The notes under the pieces were generated by a model. That model did no database searches, was not told the origin of the DNA, and worked only from the letters and a program-made list of their open reading frames with translations. Made by a program: the position numbers and the translations under genes. Below, one piece after another: positions 24,701 through 37,385 of a stretch of DNA of 52,183 nucleotides. Location: positions 1-52,183 of the forward strand of contig JBJCIZ010000395.1 of the NCBI GenBank assembly GCA_051294375.1, written 5' to 3'. Numbering within the stretch: the stretch's first letter is position 1; every line of letters starts with the position of its first letter. The stretch is from Paraspadella gotoi (Eukaryota; Animalia; Chaetognatha).

Positions 24701-26968
24701 TTCCACTTGTTTCCACGTAGACTCTGCTCTCCAAAGCAGTAAGATATTTTACGGAAGGGATTCCGCCCCTCACCTTAGCTTCTTAGCCGGCCATTCTTTT
24801 TCTGCTCCTCTTTTCCCTCTCTGACCAGTATCATGCTACAATCGATATGTGATTGGCATAGCTTAATTTTATCAATATTGCAAGTTTGAATGTGAGACCA
24901 AAGCTAGCCCAGATTAGTTCGGTCACGATTCTTCTATACGTTTCATTATTTTCATGAAGCACTTACGCACATTTGTATTGTAGTGGACCGCCCCAAGCTA
25001 TTGAGATCTCCGTTTGAAAGAGTGCTTGCTGAATGCACAGTGTCGTTTTACTGATTGCGGGAGATTATACAGGACAAGGAAAAGTGGACTCGCTGTTTTA
25101 TCTCATTAGAGAGGAGTTTTCTTTAGTTTTTTTATCTTCTTTATTGTGAGCACAGTAAGGGTAGTTTTCCTTTGGTGGCCGGTTTTTCACACCAAAACGT
25201 GGCTAAAGTGAAGAGTACGATACTTTTTTTCGAGCTTGAGGGGGTTGGTGGTTTAAATGGTGGGTATGTTCCTGTTGGAATGGTAAGGGTGGATTTTGGT
25301 CTTGGTTGTCACACAAAATTTTGGGCATTCCAAACCGTATTGCGGCTGGCAATATATGCAGGAACCATTGCAATCTGGTTATTCACCACCGTTTGTTTAA
25401 ATCGAGTGACTTACTTATCTGATTCCCGAGTGTAAATTGTTTACTTCCACATTCCCAAGGCTGACTTTATAGAATTCAATGTTAATATAATGAATCAGCC
25501 ACGTTATGGGGTTGTGTAGTGTCCTCTTCTATCCCGAAATCGTTCTTCCTCTTCATGGTGAATGACCTTGTAATCTGACACAACTGGAACTGTCCCATGA
25601 GATTGAGTGTACAGAAGCCTCAACACTCAACAGCTTGAAGTTAAGCTCAAAGGGATGAATTGCAAAAATTCTCCTTCACACAAATGATAGCAGCGCCCAG
25701 CAATGGCCAGCCAATTCAGTGTTCAACAATGGCATTTCAATGCATTTCTCCGCAACGCTTCCCGATTACAGGCGGATGGGTGGCCGATTGATCTCTCCTC
25801 AGTTTCTCCTTTGACAGTTTCTTCCGCAACCCTTTCCACAACTTTTTCCGCATACCTTATACCGCAACTTCTTTCGCGACTCTTTCCGCAACCTCTTCCA
25901 CAACTTTTCCTCATCTTTTTTCCGCAACGTTCTTTGAAACTTCTTGGCAGCAACTCTTTCATCAGCAGCATCTTTTTCAGCAAATTCTTCAGCAGCGACT
26001 TCTTTAGCAGCAGCTTCTTTAGCAGTAACGTCTTCTACAGCAGCCTTTTCAAACGCAGATTCTTCAGGCAGCACAGCGTCTTCAGCCAGCATCTTCTTTA
26101 GCAGCAACTTCTTCTGCAGACAGCATCGTGACAGGCTTCTCACGCAACAGCCTCAGCTTCTTTATTGGTTCTTCGTGCGGCGGCGGTGCAATCAGGATCG
26201 GCGCACCATTCATTTTCGGCAGAGGTTCCTCGTCGATCGATCGGCGGTCAGGCAATTCTCGTTGCGTCGTCCTCCAATGACTCCTTCGTTGAGACTCCTT
26301 TGTTCGTCCGCTTCTTCCATCTGCCTCCACTTAGACTCGCCAGCCTTTCAATCTCCGCTCTCTCCTTTCTTTCTTCGTTTTTATGTCTGACTTCTTTCTC
26401 CATTCTCTATGCCTTTCCTCCACCTTCATTATTCTTTCTTCGGTTCTCTTTCGAATTTCTTTCAATTTTTCTTCAAGCTCATCCTCTTTCATCCAACCCT
26501 CGTCTTGCTCTCTCCTTTTCGTATTCTATATTCGTTCGTTCTTTCTCTCTCTCTATCGCTATACACTCTTTCTCAGCCATTTCTAGGTCCTTGACCAACC
26601 TTTGGCGAATCATCTTGCAAGACGATGAGACGACGTCGTTACCATAGTTCTAGCTTTTGAGACGGTTTGACGCTGACTCTTGTCGGCTCCAAGAAGGTGA
26701 AGACTCCTGTCGCGGACTTTGGCGACGAGCAGACCATCGCGACGTCGCCATCCAATGCTCGATGCTCTAATCGACGTGTTCTCGGCGAGGCGGCCTCGAG
26801 ACCCGTCCCTTATCGGTAGCTCCCTCTTTGACTCCTCACGCGATCAAGGTTATGATCTGCCGTCTGCTGGCTGTGCTTCAGTTAATTTAGATTTAGTTTA
26901 GATTTAATTGTTGAATTTAGAATTATAGTTTAGTTTAATTTTAATCCCGATTATGAACATAAGTTCTT
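21730..26968 (-). mobile_element. Highly degenerate non-LTR retrotransposon (LINE; ORF1 plus APE-RT ORF2 remnants)
   Basis: GC-richer block. E/K/A-rich coiled-coil and Cys-rich ORF1 remnants at ~25250-26700, endonuclease-like traces at ~24450-24940, RT-like traces (SVNGQK, a QG..GP-like stretch, MYA.DL) at ~22800-22960, ORF end at 21768. Flanked by 54-bp direct repeats. Confidence 0.6.
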
Positions 26969-27022
26969 AATATTTGTATTGTTCATAGCCTCAGCACTAG
27001 AAATTCCCTGACTCCAGAACGC
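26969..27022 (+). repeat. Right copy of 54-bp direct repeat flanking the LINE
   Basis: Matches 21676-21729. Confidence 0.9.
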
Positions 27023-27802
27023 CCATGTTGATAACGGTGATGTAGTGTAGAGTTAAAAACCTTCAGTAACAGTAATAAAAATAACAAACATATTTCTCAT
27101 AGTTCATGTCAATAACATACTTAGTAGGCATTCTCCGGGGAGTGTGAAAAATTATTGTTAATCTTCTGCCGCAGCGTTTGAATCCTGGCGCCTCTAAACT
27201 CAGTATCAACCTTTTCTAAACCTTGACGAACGCTAAGCAAAGATCATTGTTTACGTTACGACGCAGATTTCACGCGTGCACGACCTCTCATTAAATTTTT
27301 TAACTTACTATGAGGCACACTTTTTAAAACTTTTAAATCTTATAATAATTTTTATTTAAAAAAAAACGGTAAGTCGATGCTCTTTTTTTTTCTTAAAAAA
27401 ATCACGTTATCAAAATTTTTGTAAAACAAAAGCCATATGAAAAATGCATTATGCAGACGAAAATAGATATAGAATGCAAAACAATTCAAATATAAAATCA
27501 TAACCGACGAATTCAATTTTTAGAATAAATTTTCTAAATGCACAAATAAGTTGAATTCGAAATGCAATAATTTTTAAACAATTCAAAACGGAAATAAAAT
27601 ATCATCAATTTTTTTATGGAAAAAAAAACGAAAAAAAACTTTCACTAATTTTTCGCGAAATAAGTTTACTGTCACATTGATTATTGATCGTTTCTGATTT
27701 AAATATTGGTTCAACATGCAAATTTATTCATTTTTAATCAGTTATCAAAATCAATAGAATAACTTTTATTACACATATATTCAGTTCCCCCTCTCACACT
27801 CC

Positions 27803-28243
27803 ATGGCAATCTTAACATTTTTAAGCGACTTGTCCGCCGTTAAGAATCTCGCAGGTGTCAGGGTGATCGGTGCCTTTCTCTTCAACCGTGAGTCAAAGAA
27901 CCTGAATCTCAAAAGGTTTGATTAATACGACATACATGTAATCAAAATTAATTTATTATGATTAATATCACATATAATTAATTGTATAGTTTCGACCATT
28001 TTCTCAATACTCCCTTACATCTCTCATAACTGTAGTCCGCCAGTACTTCAAAAAGAAGGATCCTGACGGATTCTACAAACTTGAGAAGGTCTACTATGTG
28101 AGTACAATAATGATTGAATAATACATATATTAATCAACGTTTAAACATACAGTGAAATTTACAAGTGGTCACCCATTCTCTAATTCGTTCTACAGCCACG
28201 GCAAAGACCCGGCACAAACGCCGTGCGCGTCTCCCACGTTTAA
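27803..28243 (+). CDS. Small spliced gene of unknown function (exons 27803-27887, 28036-28097, 28196-28243; 64 aa); possible further exon 28545-28570
   Basis: ccATGG start, both donors GTGAGT, acceptors TGTAG and TACAG, CTAAT branch-like motif, phases consistent. Product MAILTFLSDLSAVKNLAGVRVIGAFLFNLRQYFKKKDPDGFYKLEKVYYPRQRPGTNAVRVSHV. Not in the ORF track because it is spliced. Confidence 0.62.
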
Positions 28244-28614
28244 ACAAAAGACGCTTGCATCCATCAATTATCATTAATTTCGCCAATATATTCTCATCTA
28301 TTGAAATTGCATTTAATAATTATTTGTCACATTTATTTAATTAAACAAGTAAAACGATTTGGTATTTACTCAAACAAAATATTCAAAAAAAAAATCCGAA
28401 TAGTCAGCAATTGCAACGAAATACAACGATGTATCTAGTGAAAATAAGAATACAAAATTCAAAATCAAAAATCCCACATTTACGATATTGTCTCATTCGG
28501 CGAAAATAAGATGAATTGCATCAATAGCGATCCCTCATTTGCAGAAGCAGAGCGGCGAGCAGCCAAACGGGTAAGAGGCGTCCGCAGGCGGCATGGCACG
28601 GCGGTCCAGCGTTC

Positions 28615-29936
28615 TCATTTTGTCAACCATTTTGATGAGGCTCTCTCTGGACAAGTTTGAACGAATAAGATGATCTCCAGGAATACTTTAAATTCACCAG
28701 AGACTAGAGAATGGCACTTGAATGAATTCGTTGCTATTTTGGCAACTATTTCCCACGCATCTTGATCCACTTTCCTTTGAATTTTTCGTGGAGAACCAAG
28801 GAAAAATGAAGTTTTCTTCTTCATGACTAAATCTCCAATTTTAGATGAGATGTAATATCTCTCGGATTTTCGCGTTTCCGGCGTTGAAGGAACCGGTTCA
28901 CATCAGGCGCAAATTCATTCTGAAGTTTTCTCTTGCTTCCAAGTTCTCTTCACACTCTTTGCCGGCGCCGTCACGCCTAGATGGCAGTTTCTCGTCCGGG
29001 TCAACAGGTTTGCAGATGAACGACAAAAATGGACGTCAGAGGACTTTTTCCAGATAAAATATCTGTACAGTTGAATTGTAAACACTCTTAGCTTCGCCGA
29101 CGAGAGAATGAAATGGAAGATGAGGTTCATGTTCTTGAATTTGAGCATTATTCTCGTAATAGAATTGATGAATCTCTCTACTTTAGACTGACATCTTGAC
29201 ACATTTGCCAATCCATGTATCAACTCCACTCCATGTTGACTAGGATATTGGCTGAGGGAGTGTTTGATTTACAAAGAGCATTGTCAGCATGGATGCGACG
29301 AGGTAAACCACTCCACTCTTGTCTTATCTTCATTAGACAATCCACTACTTCTTTGTCTTGCGTAGATTTTGTAGATATGCCCATGCATATCTGGAGAAGA
29401 GGTCCACAGCACAAAAAATGTACGGAAATGCAGCATCATTGTGGAAGGTCCTGCAAAGTCAATTGCAACGGAGTTTCCTGGCTCCATGGGTGTCTGCATC
29501 CCTCCTTCATCTCTGGAACCTTTTTGGTGATTGTTCTGAAGCAATTGCACAATTTCTGATGTATGTAGAAATCTTCTCTCTCATTCCATGAATGTAGTAA
29601 CTTTTTCCCAAAGTTTTTAAGGTTCGATTCACTCCAGCATGAGTTGCTGCAGGATCACGATCACCAACAACAACAGATTAGAACCTTGATTGACCGCAGC
29701 AAATTTTGTTCATGAGTCTTACTCAAAAGACGATGAAATTCCATCTCAGACACAACAAGGAGAAACTTGATTCCTCCATCAGGGGCTGTCCACAAGCGCA
29801 GTAGCACTCCCTGATTACTGATGATGAAGAGACTGCGGTGACGAAGGAATGCCAAAGTCCCCATAGATAAAAGCAAAGCTTCATGCTTATCTGGTAACTT
29901 CCTCTTTTCCTTCAAATAATCAATTTTTTCACTCAC
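28615..29936 (-). pseudogene. Gypsy A integrase (frameshifted)
   Basis: H..H..C..C zinc-binding remnant (HDPAATHAGVNRT...IRNCA) at ~29530-29660 and D,D,E motifs AIDFAGP, IHADNA, SKVERFIN. Confidence 0.85.
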
Positions 29937-30317
29937 ATTAGGCGCTGTTGCATTTCCAAGATTTTCTGGAGAACTTTGTCTGCAAAAACTGGAACTTCCT
30001 TGGCTTTAATTGGCTCATCCACCACTTCGTCAACTTCCTCAGTGTGGCCTGAAGCTACATCTTTATCTGAGAGTTGAACAATTGAGACTGTCCAAGGGGC
30101 AAGAAGACCTTTCCACTTCTTGATTTCACGCTTTCTGCGACGCCTGTCACTCTACTGTGAGTAGCACCAATTGAAGAGATGGAATAGCTCCTTTTGTCTA
30201 ATTCCTTCTCTATTAGACTGTCCGGATCCCAGTCATCTGATGAACACTCTACTTTGTCACCGACTGCCGACGGAGGGATGTGCCGGGATCAGTGGAATCA
30301 TTTGCCGGAAAATGCGT

Positions 30318-31217
30318 CTACTCAGTGTCATCTATATCCGGAGTCGGGTCCCGGCTGGACATTTCAATGTGGGAGACATTAAGCTTAGACATAGTAGTCC
30401 TCTTCTTGCTTTCAAAAAATTTACACAATTCATCTGAAATACTTTTATTCAGAAGTGATTCAAGCGGAACTTTTTCTCCTTTACCATTCAGAATCCTGCC
30501 TTGGAGAAATCTTCTGTCATAAGTGCCATCTCCTCCATCATTTTCTTCCCATCTGCTCACCACATCAGCTGGATTAGCTCTAGATTCAAAAAAAAGAATC
30601 TTGAAGTCATAACTCTGGAGATAGATGATTCTTCTCACAAATACATCATCGACTTTGTCTAGGTTAGCCCATCTTCTCAACACTTGACTATCAGTGATAA
30701 TGTATAATGGTCTCGCAGTGAAAAGATAGCTAAATCTTTGAACTGTTTCATAAAGAGCCAAAAACTCCTTATAAAAAGTTGGCAGACTTCTTTTTGCTGG
30801 GACTAAAGTCTTTGAATAACATTGAACTATGTAGAGTTGCTTCTTGTTTTTGTCAGCGCCTGCTGCAATCTCTGCTGAAGTAGGAAACAGCTTCTGCAGA
30901 ATCACAGATCCAATGGCATGCTGAGAGCCATCTGTGAGCACAATCAGCTCATCTTCAAGCTTGGTTGAGGGCACTCTCATCCTCCCAAGTTTTTCATCCA
31001 GAAGTACACTTTTTGCTTTTTCAAATGCTGTTTTGTGGATTCCCAGTGGCTTGAACTTTGTCTTTCCTTTTGCTAAATCACGCAATGGCCCAAGTGCTTC
31101 ACTCAGCTTAGGGTTGCAAGCTAGGAACCAAGAGAAAAAAGCAAGCTTAGAAACAAGGTCCTTCCTTGAGTCAGGAAAAGTGAGTTTAGCAATCTTCTCA
31201 ATCTTCTCCCCTGACAT
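30318..31217 (-). pseudogene. Gypsy A RT connection plus RNase H
   Basis: VLTDGSQHAIGSVILQ, KEFLAL, ITDSQ, NPADVVSR. Confidence 0.9.
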
Positions 31218-31239
31218 TCCTTTTGCTCCTTCTGAGACT

Positions 31240-31860
31240 TCATGCCGAGATCCTCAGTTTGTCCACTCCAATGTCACTCTTCTTGGCAGACAAAAGCAGG
31301 TTATAGGTTGAGCAAATAGCTAAGGTCAGAGGTAGATCTGCATCCAGATGTTGCTTCATGTTCTTGGAGTAGGTAGATGTGTCATCAATGAAGGGCTTGC
31401 ATCTTTTGTGAATGTCAAAAACATTCTCCACCCATTGTTGAGCATACCCAGGACCAACACTGATCCCCATTGGACATCTGAGGTATCTGAAGAACTTTCC
31501 CAGAACAAAGAATCCAGTGAACTTTTTAGATGAATCTTCATCCATCAACAGTTGATGATAGAATCCGGCAGCATCCAAGTTGGAGAAAACTGTGTAATCA
31601 CCACTGGCAATTTCCCTCCTGAACTCTTCCATTTCAGGTAGTGGGAAGTGATGAGGCATCAGAGCTTGATTCATTTTTCTGTAATCAACCACCATTCTGC
31701 TCTTGGTGACCTCTCTCTTCTCTGTAGCAACATATCTGCTCTCCAGAATAATGTGGATGTTTGACAGCCAACTATCATCTGAATTTGTCATCTCAGTAAT
31801 GACTCCTTGTTTGAGAAGCTTGTCAATATGCTGCTTGATAAAGGGAGGATCTTCTTCGAG
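31240..31860 (-). pseudogene. Gypsy A reverse transcriptase core
   Basis: RMVVDYRKMN, FSNLDAAGFYHQ, RCPMG and catalytic FIDD. Confidence 0.92.
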
Positions 31861-31863
31861 TGT

Positions 31864-33407
31864 ATTCAAAAACCCACTTTTTGCAATATGCTGAGATATT
31901 TATCAACAGAATTGATTAAATTTAAACCCTAAGACAAAGTGGGGCTGGACTACGGATTAATAAAATCACTCTGCTGCATTTCTAAACAAGAATTGGGTAT
32001 AATTTTGCTACTTTTAATGAAAAAAAAATTATGTCCAATTTTTGTCCATTTTGACTTTTGTCTTGAGATTTGAACATCAGGAATCATTGAAGAAATTTTT
32101 TTACTCCGGATTTCGGGTACTTTCTCATCTTCTTTACCTCTGACGTGGTTCATTTGGCCGTTGTCATCACTTGTTCCTATGAATTAATTTTTAAATTGAC
32201 TAGTCAAAATTACATTTTTACATTATTACAATTTGTTAAACGAAAATACTTCAAAATGTCCAAAATCTAATCAAATATTCCCTTTTCAACGGTGCTTCTG
32301 GTACCCTCTAAAAAATTAGGCAAAAAATTTAATAGTTTTTGCAACAATTAAATTTTTAAATCAACTTTTAATTTGGAGGATTGTGAGGTGCGTTTTATTT
32401 GAACTAAAACTCGGGTTTTGACATTATTTTAAAGTTTTTAAATAGATGAAAATATACTAAAGGTTACAAATTAAAAAAACGCGCATTCTTTTAAATGTAA
32501 TGGATAAGCGTCAGTAATTTTTCCTCTCAATCGACAGGTTTTCTTGCGAAAAAAATTCCCGCAAAAATCTGTCGATTTTTTTAAATCTGCTAGGCAACGC
32601 ACAACTTGAAAAAAAATCTACGCCTAACTCAATATTCTTTCTTACATACATTTTAAAAGATTTATACACCAGTATGATATAAATGGCAAAAAAATGAGTG
32701 AGAGGAGAAAAGAGAAGAGAAAGAGAGAGCATAGGTGAAAAAAAAGTTGCAGGAGGAGAAAAAAGAGGGGAAAGAAAATTAATTATTTTGGGGAAAGGGG
32801 GAGAACAAAACCAATTAAGGAGAAAAAAGATAAAAGAGGGAAGAAAGGAATCAGAGAGGGAGAGAAAAAGTAGAGATAGAGAGGAAAAAGAATAAGTGTA
32901 AAGGAGAAAAGAAGGGATGACAACAGATGAAATTATGAGGACAGAAAAGTCGGAGAAAGGCGAGAGAAAGACAGAGAGAAAGAGAGAAAGAAGGGACAGA
33001 GAGAAGGTTCAAAGAGAGAAAAAAATAGTTGGAAAAAATGGAAAAAAAAAAATTTAAAATAATATAGCTTGCCCGTTTTTTTGCCTAAAGCTGTAGTATA
33101 TCTAAAAAAAGGCAATAGATCTGCCGAGCAATTTAATCTTTAAAAGTTGCCTTACCAATGAAAAAATCGTTTTAGTTTCATCTTAAGGTAAAAGAAATTA
33201 TGTCTTACCCGTATTTTGAAAGCATAGAAATTCACCCAGATGAGTTCAATGTTATAAGGAGAAAATAACTATAGCGCAACCGTTTTTTTAAATAAAGCGT
33301 GTTTTATATTAATCAGTGGAAACAAAAAAATAATAGTTATATAGTTTCAAATCTTTATTGTTGAAAGTTACCCGAATAGAAATCACTGCCAAAAGGGAAT
33401 CTTTGCG
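31864..33407. mobile_element. ~1.5-kb non-coding insertion at the start of Gypsy A RT, possibly a DNA transposon
   Basis: GAGTGT on both sides (31858-31863, 33411-33416; may extend to TCAGAGTGT with one indel). Removal restores KVRKHSEED..FIKQHIDKLL. Weak terminal inverted similarity (CAAAAACCCACTTTTTGCA vs CAAAGATTCCCTTTTGGCA). Confidence 0.6.
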
Positions 33408-33410
33408 TCA

Positions 33411-34410
33411 GAGTGTTTTCTCACTTTGTCTTTCATGGGAATGTCTGTTGAAGATTTGAGTTTGATTGGATTCATCCTCACTCCAGTGAAAGTTTCAGGT
33501 TTTTCTTCATTGTAAAAGATATGACGAAAGTCCCAGACCAAAGATCTGACCTTCTCCTGATCACTGTCACTAAGATGAGATATTTTGAACTGCTTCAGAA
33601 ATGCTTCTTTGTCCTCCCAATTAGTGCAAGTTGCTCCTTTTTGTCTCTTTTTTCACAATCAACATCAATCTTCAAGAAATCATCTTTCACAAGATTTGCC
33701 TTACTTGATAGATCAAAATTGACTCCACGACTATGCATGTCAGTTAGCATGTCAGATGACAGTTTGTTTTTCCCCTCCATGGAAGAAAATGGAACAGCTT
33801 GATTTTTCTCATTGACATAAGAAACAGAGATTTCATCTTGAAGTTCAGTCAACTCCTCACCAGAGACTATGTGAAATACAGTAGACTCTGAATCCAAAGG
33901 CTCTTTTTCTTCATGTTGAACAACCTCCACCAAAATTTTTCTTTTCTCCAGAACAATTTCTTCTTTTGTTTCATTGATAACTGGAATTTTGTAAGTCTTT
34001 TGACTTTCCACAAAACTGATACCCGGAATCATCATTTATCAGTAGGCTCATCATAAAGAAGATAGAAATGAATGCTTTCCTTGTTGGTTTCCGGTTTTGT
34101 AAGCTTCCACCCATGTGATGCTTCTTGGATGAATATGTTGTTTCCTGGTACAACGCATGAGTGTAGAACGCCTGAATCTCAAGCAATTTGACGATATGCT
34201 TTAGCGCCCATCTCCACTCTCCTGTCATGCTCATGTCTTGCATCATAAGTTGATCTCTTCACATGGTAAACATCATCTCCAACGTAGTACCTCAAATTCT
34301 CTGTATTGAAAGAGTTAGGTATCCTCATATCATTGAAGACGTTGCTGCCCAAGATCACATAAGTTGATTTTATGGGAGCCACATGAAGCTCCACAGGAAG
34401 ATGTCCAGAA
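33411..34410 (-). pseudogene. Gypsy A protease C-terminal half and PR-RT spacer
   Basis: FSGHLPVELHVAPIKSTYVILGSN (ILG flap), KIPVINETKEEIVLEK, and FTGVRMNPIKLK..PMKDKVRKH leading into RT. Confidence 0.8.
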
Positions 34411-34684
34411 AACAAGTTTGAGCAAACAATGTCGGATCTGCCTACGATAATTAATTAATTAATTGATTAATTAATTAATTAATAGATTAATTAATAATTA
34501 ATATAGATTAATAGATTAATTAATTAATAGATTAATTAATAATTATATAGATTAATTAATTAATTAATTAATAGATTAATTATAATTTATATTCAGCTTG
34601 TCATCATCGATGTCCTTAAAATTGAGTCAGGACAGTTATTAAATGTTTTGTTTACATTTTATCAAAACAAACAAATATCCTCTA

Positions 34685-35524
34685 TTATCGAGCCAGGCGG
34701 GCAAAGCCCGTCCTGTCTCATTTTTTTGTTCGGTTTAGCTTTCGGTCTCGCTTTTTTGCAATCATGGCTTCTGAAAAGTGTGATATCATAGGGAGTTGAA
34801 TTTTTCATATATGGCTTCTAATCATCAAGATCTTTAAAATTCTCATGTTTCATATCAATATTGGTATTTTGTTATGTTTTATTTACAAAACAAAAACGTT
34901 TTATTATATGTCGCTCTCTCATCTCCTCTCCTTTCTCCGTCACTGCTTTCTTCTAAAAACGAGTTCCGGCTCTGCAGCGTCTGTCCAGCTTCTTTCTCTC
35001 TCTCTCTCCTCTCTCTCTCTCTCCTCTCTCTTTTTTTTACAAAATTTTTAGATATAATGTGGTTCACTAATGTAAAAAACACGATGCCCGAACAGGGCGC
35101 GAACCCGGGTCCTTTGGGTAGAGAATAGCTCACGCTACGTGCGGCGCCAATAAGTACTGCTGATTTCTTTAACGAGTAAAGGGGCTGTAGAGCTTCTCTC
35201 TCTCTCTCTCTTTTAATTATTATATATCGCTCTTTTCTCTTTCTCTTTTTCTCTGCAGCGGCTGTCTCTCTCCTTCTCTCTCTTTTTTCTCTCTCTGTCT
35301 CTCTGTCTCTCTGTGTGTCTGTCCCTATCTGTCCGATCTTTTGCGTTATCGTTTGTTTTTTGAAAAATTCTGATTATTTTTTTCCTTCTAAAAACTTTTT
35401 ATTATTGCCATTTATTCCGCGCTTTTTTCAATACAAAATCCCATATTTTCATCCGAGATTTTCGTGGATTTATTCTCTTTCTTTCTCTCTCTCTCTCTTT
35501 TTTTCTCTCTCTCTCTCTTCTTTC

Positions 35525-35573
<49 letters not shown>

Positions 35574-35911
35574 TTCACTCATACACGCATTTGTTTGTTT
35601 TATTGACTATCATCGCATCAATGAATGACAATCATCGATCAATGAATGACAATCATCGCATCACTGAATGACTATCATCACAGCAGTGAATGACTATCAT
35701 CGCATCAATAATTGATTATCATCGAATCATAATCAATCCTATTACATCAATAAATTACTATTACATCAATCAATTAGTATTACCTCAATCAATTACTATT
35801 ACATCAACATTCGTTATCGCATGATTCATTCGTTTTTTTTCCCGGTTTTTTTCATTAATTTTCTATGATAGTGGGTCTCTGGCTCGATCTTGAGTCTTTT
35901 AAGATTTTTTT
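34685..35911 (+). mobile_element. HINE-B nested in HINE-A copy 5
   Basis: ATCGAGCCAG / CTGGCTCGAT subTIRs, same insertion point as in copy 4. Confidence 0.78.
35074..35156 (-). other. tRNA-like Pol III cassette within HINE-B (second copy 13279-13360)
   Basis: Minus strand has TGGCGCCGCACGTAG (A-box-like), GGTTCGCGCCC (B-box-like) and then a T6 run. No intact cloverleaf. Confidence 0.55.
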
Positions 35912-37200
35912 ATTTTATGTCTCCTTCTTCTCTCTCTCCTTCTCTCACTCTCTCTCTTCTCTCTCACTCTCTCTCTCTCTCTCACTCTCTCTTTCTCTCT
36001 CTCTCTCTCTCTTCTTTTATGCAATAGCGACGATCCTTATGCTTTTAAGATTTTTTTAACTTGCATCATTTTTTCAACTTGCATAATTTTTCAACTTGCA
36101 TTCCGTCAAAACTTTATATCTAGTTTCTCACTCACTTTCCTACCGGCTCACAAAATTTCATCTCTCAATCTATCATGGGTTAAAATAAATAAAAAGATTC
36201 AAGTAAATGTGACTCATATTTTTTTCATTTAAACTCATTTCCACTGGTACGTTTCCACTGAAACTTTATATCAAGCTTCGTCATACGTTTTCCTACCCAC
36301 ACAAAAATTTCAACTCAATCTATCCATCCAATTATGATTAATTGGAGTATTTATTGGTTAAAATAAGTAAAAAAGATTTTAGTAAATCGACTTATGTTTT
36401 TTCCATTTAAACTAATTTCCACTCACACGATTCCATCGAAATTTTATATCCAGCTTTATCACACCATTTCCTACCCACACACAAATTTTAATTCCAATCC
36501 AACCAGCAATCACGAGTTATTGGAGCTTTTTGCTAAGATGGGACGGATGGACGGATTGATTGACTAATTAATTAATTATTGATTAATTTATTTACTAATT
36601 GATTAATTAACTGATTAATTATTTGATTTATTAATACATCCTGCAGATACATTTAATATAAAAGGAAAAAGAAGCATAATCAATTAGTAAAACAGGTTTT
36701 TGTTTTTTTCCATTTAAACTCATTTCCACTCAACTATTCCATCGAAACTTGATTTCCTGTTCAATCACACACTTTCCTACCCACATACAAAATTCCAGGT
36801 CAATCAGCCCATCCACTCATGAGCAATTGGTGTTCAAATAGTGAATATATTTTTTTTGTTTTTTTCCATTTAAACTCATTTCCACTCGACGATTCATCGA
36901 AACTTAATATCCAGCTCAATCACACACTTACCTATCCACACACAAAATTTCATTTAAATCCATCCATCCAATCACGAGTAATTGGTGTTTTTGCTAAGGT
37001 GGGACGGACGGACGGACGGACGGACGGACGACGGACGGACGGAAATCATTTTTTTTGCATAATTTATCATAATTCGATGTTCTGACATGATATAAGTGTG
37101 TGCCCGACAATATTGAGGGGGCGGACCGACGGACCGAAAAAGTGAGTTATAAAAGTGAGTTATGAGTCGGGATCTGCTGATAAGCAGATCCGACTAAAAA

Positions 37201-37385
37201 TTGTAGATTGCTTTGACTTTCTTTGTGATGTGCTTTCTTTCAGTGCCCGAGAAGCCTGCAACATCAATCGGCGACATCAAGTCTTCCTCCAGCAACTTTG
37301 CATCTTGACCAACTTCTCTGGGATGATGCTGATGTCTGCTCCAGTATCGATGATGCAATCCACTTGAAGGCCATTCACTGAAGCA
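37201..37385 (-). pseudogene. Gypsy A aspartic protease N-terminal half
   Basis: NGLQVDCIIDTGADISIIPEKLV read from the minus strand. Confidence 0.88.

Larger units (their letters stand above)
34411..37197 (-). mobile_element. HINE-A copy 5, complete composite with HINE-B, inserted in the Gypsy A protease
   Basis: Both termini are present (AACAAGTTTGAGCAAACAATGTCGGATCTGC ... GCAGATCCGACTAA). Inserted in an A/T run with no TSD; removal restores KAIYNFSGHLP. Confidence 0.92.

Noticed and set aside
27030-27783. 3' LTR of Gypsy A downstream of the PPT-like tract
   Set aside because: No matching copy upstream of gag, so it cannot be supported.
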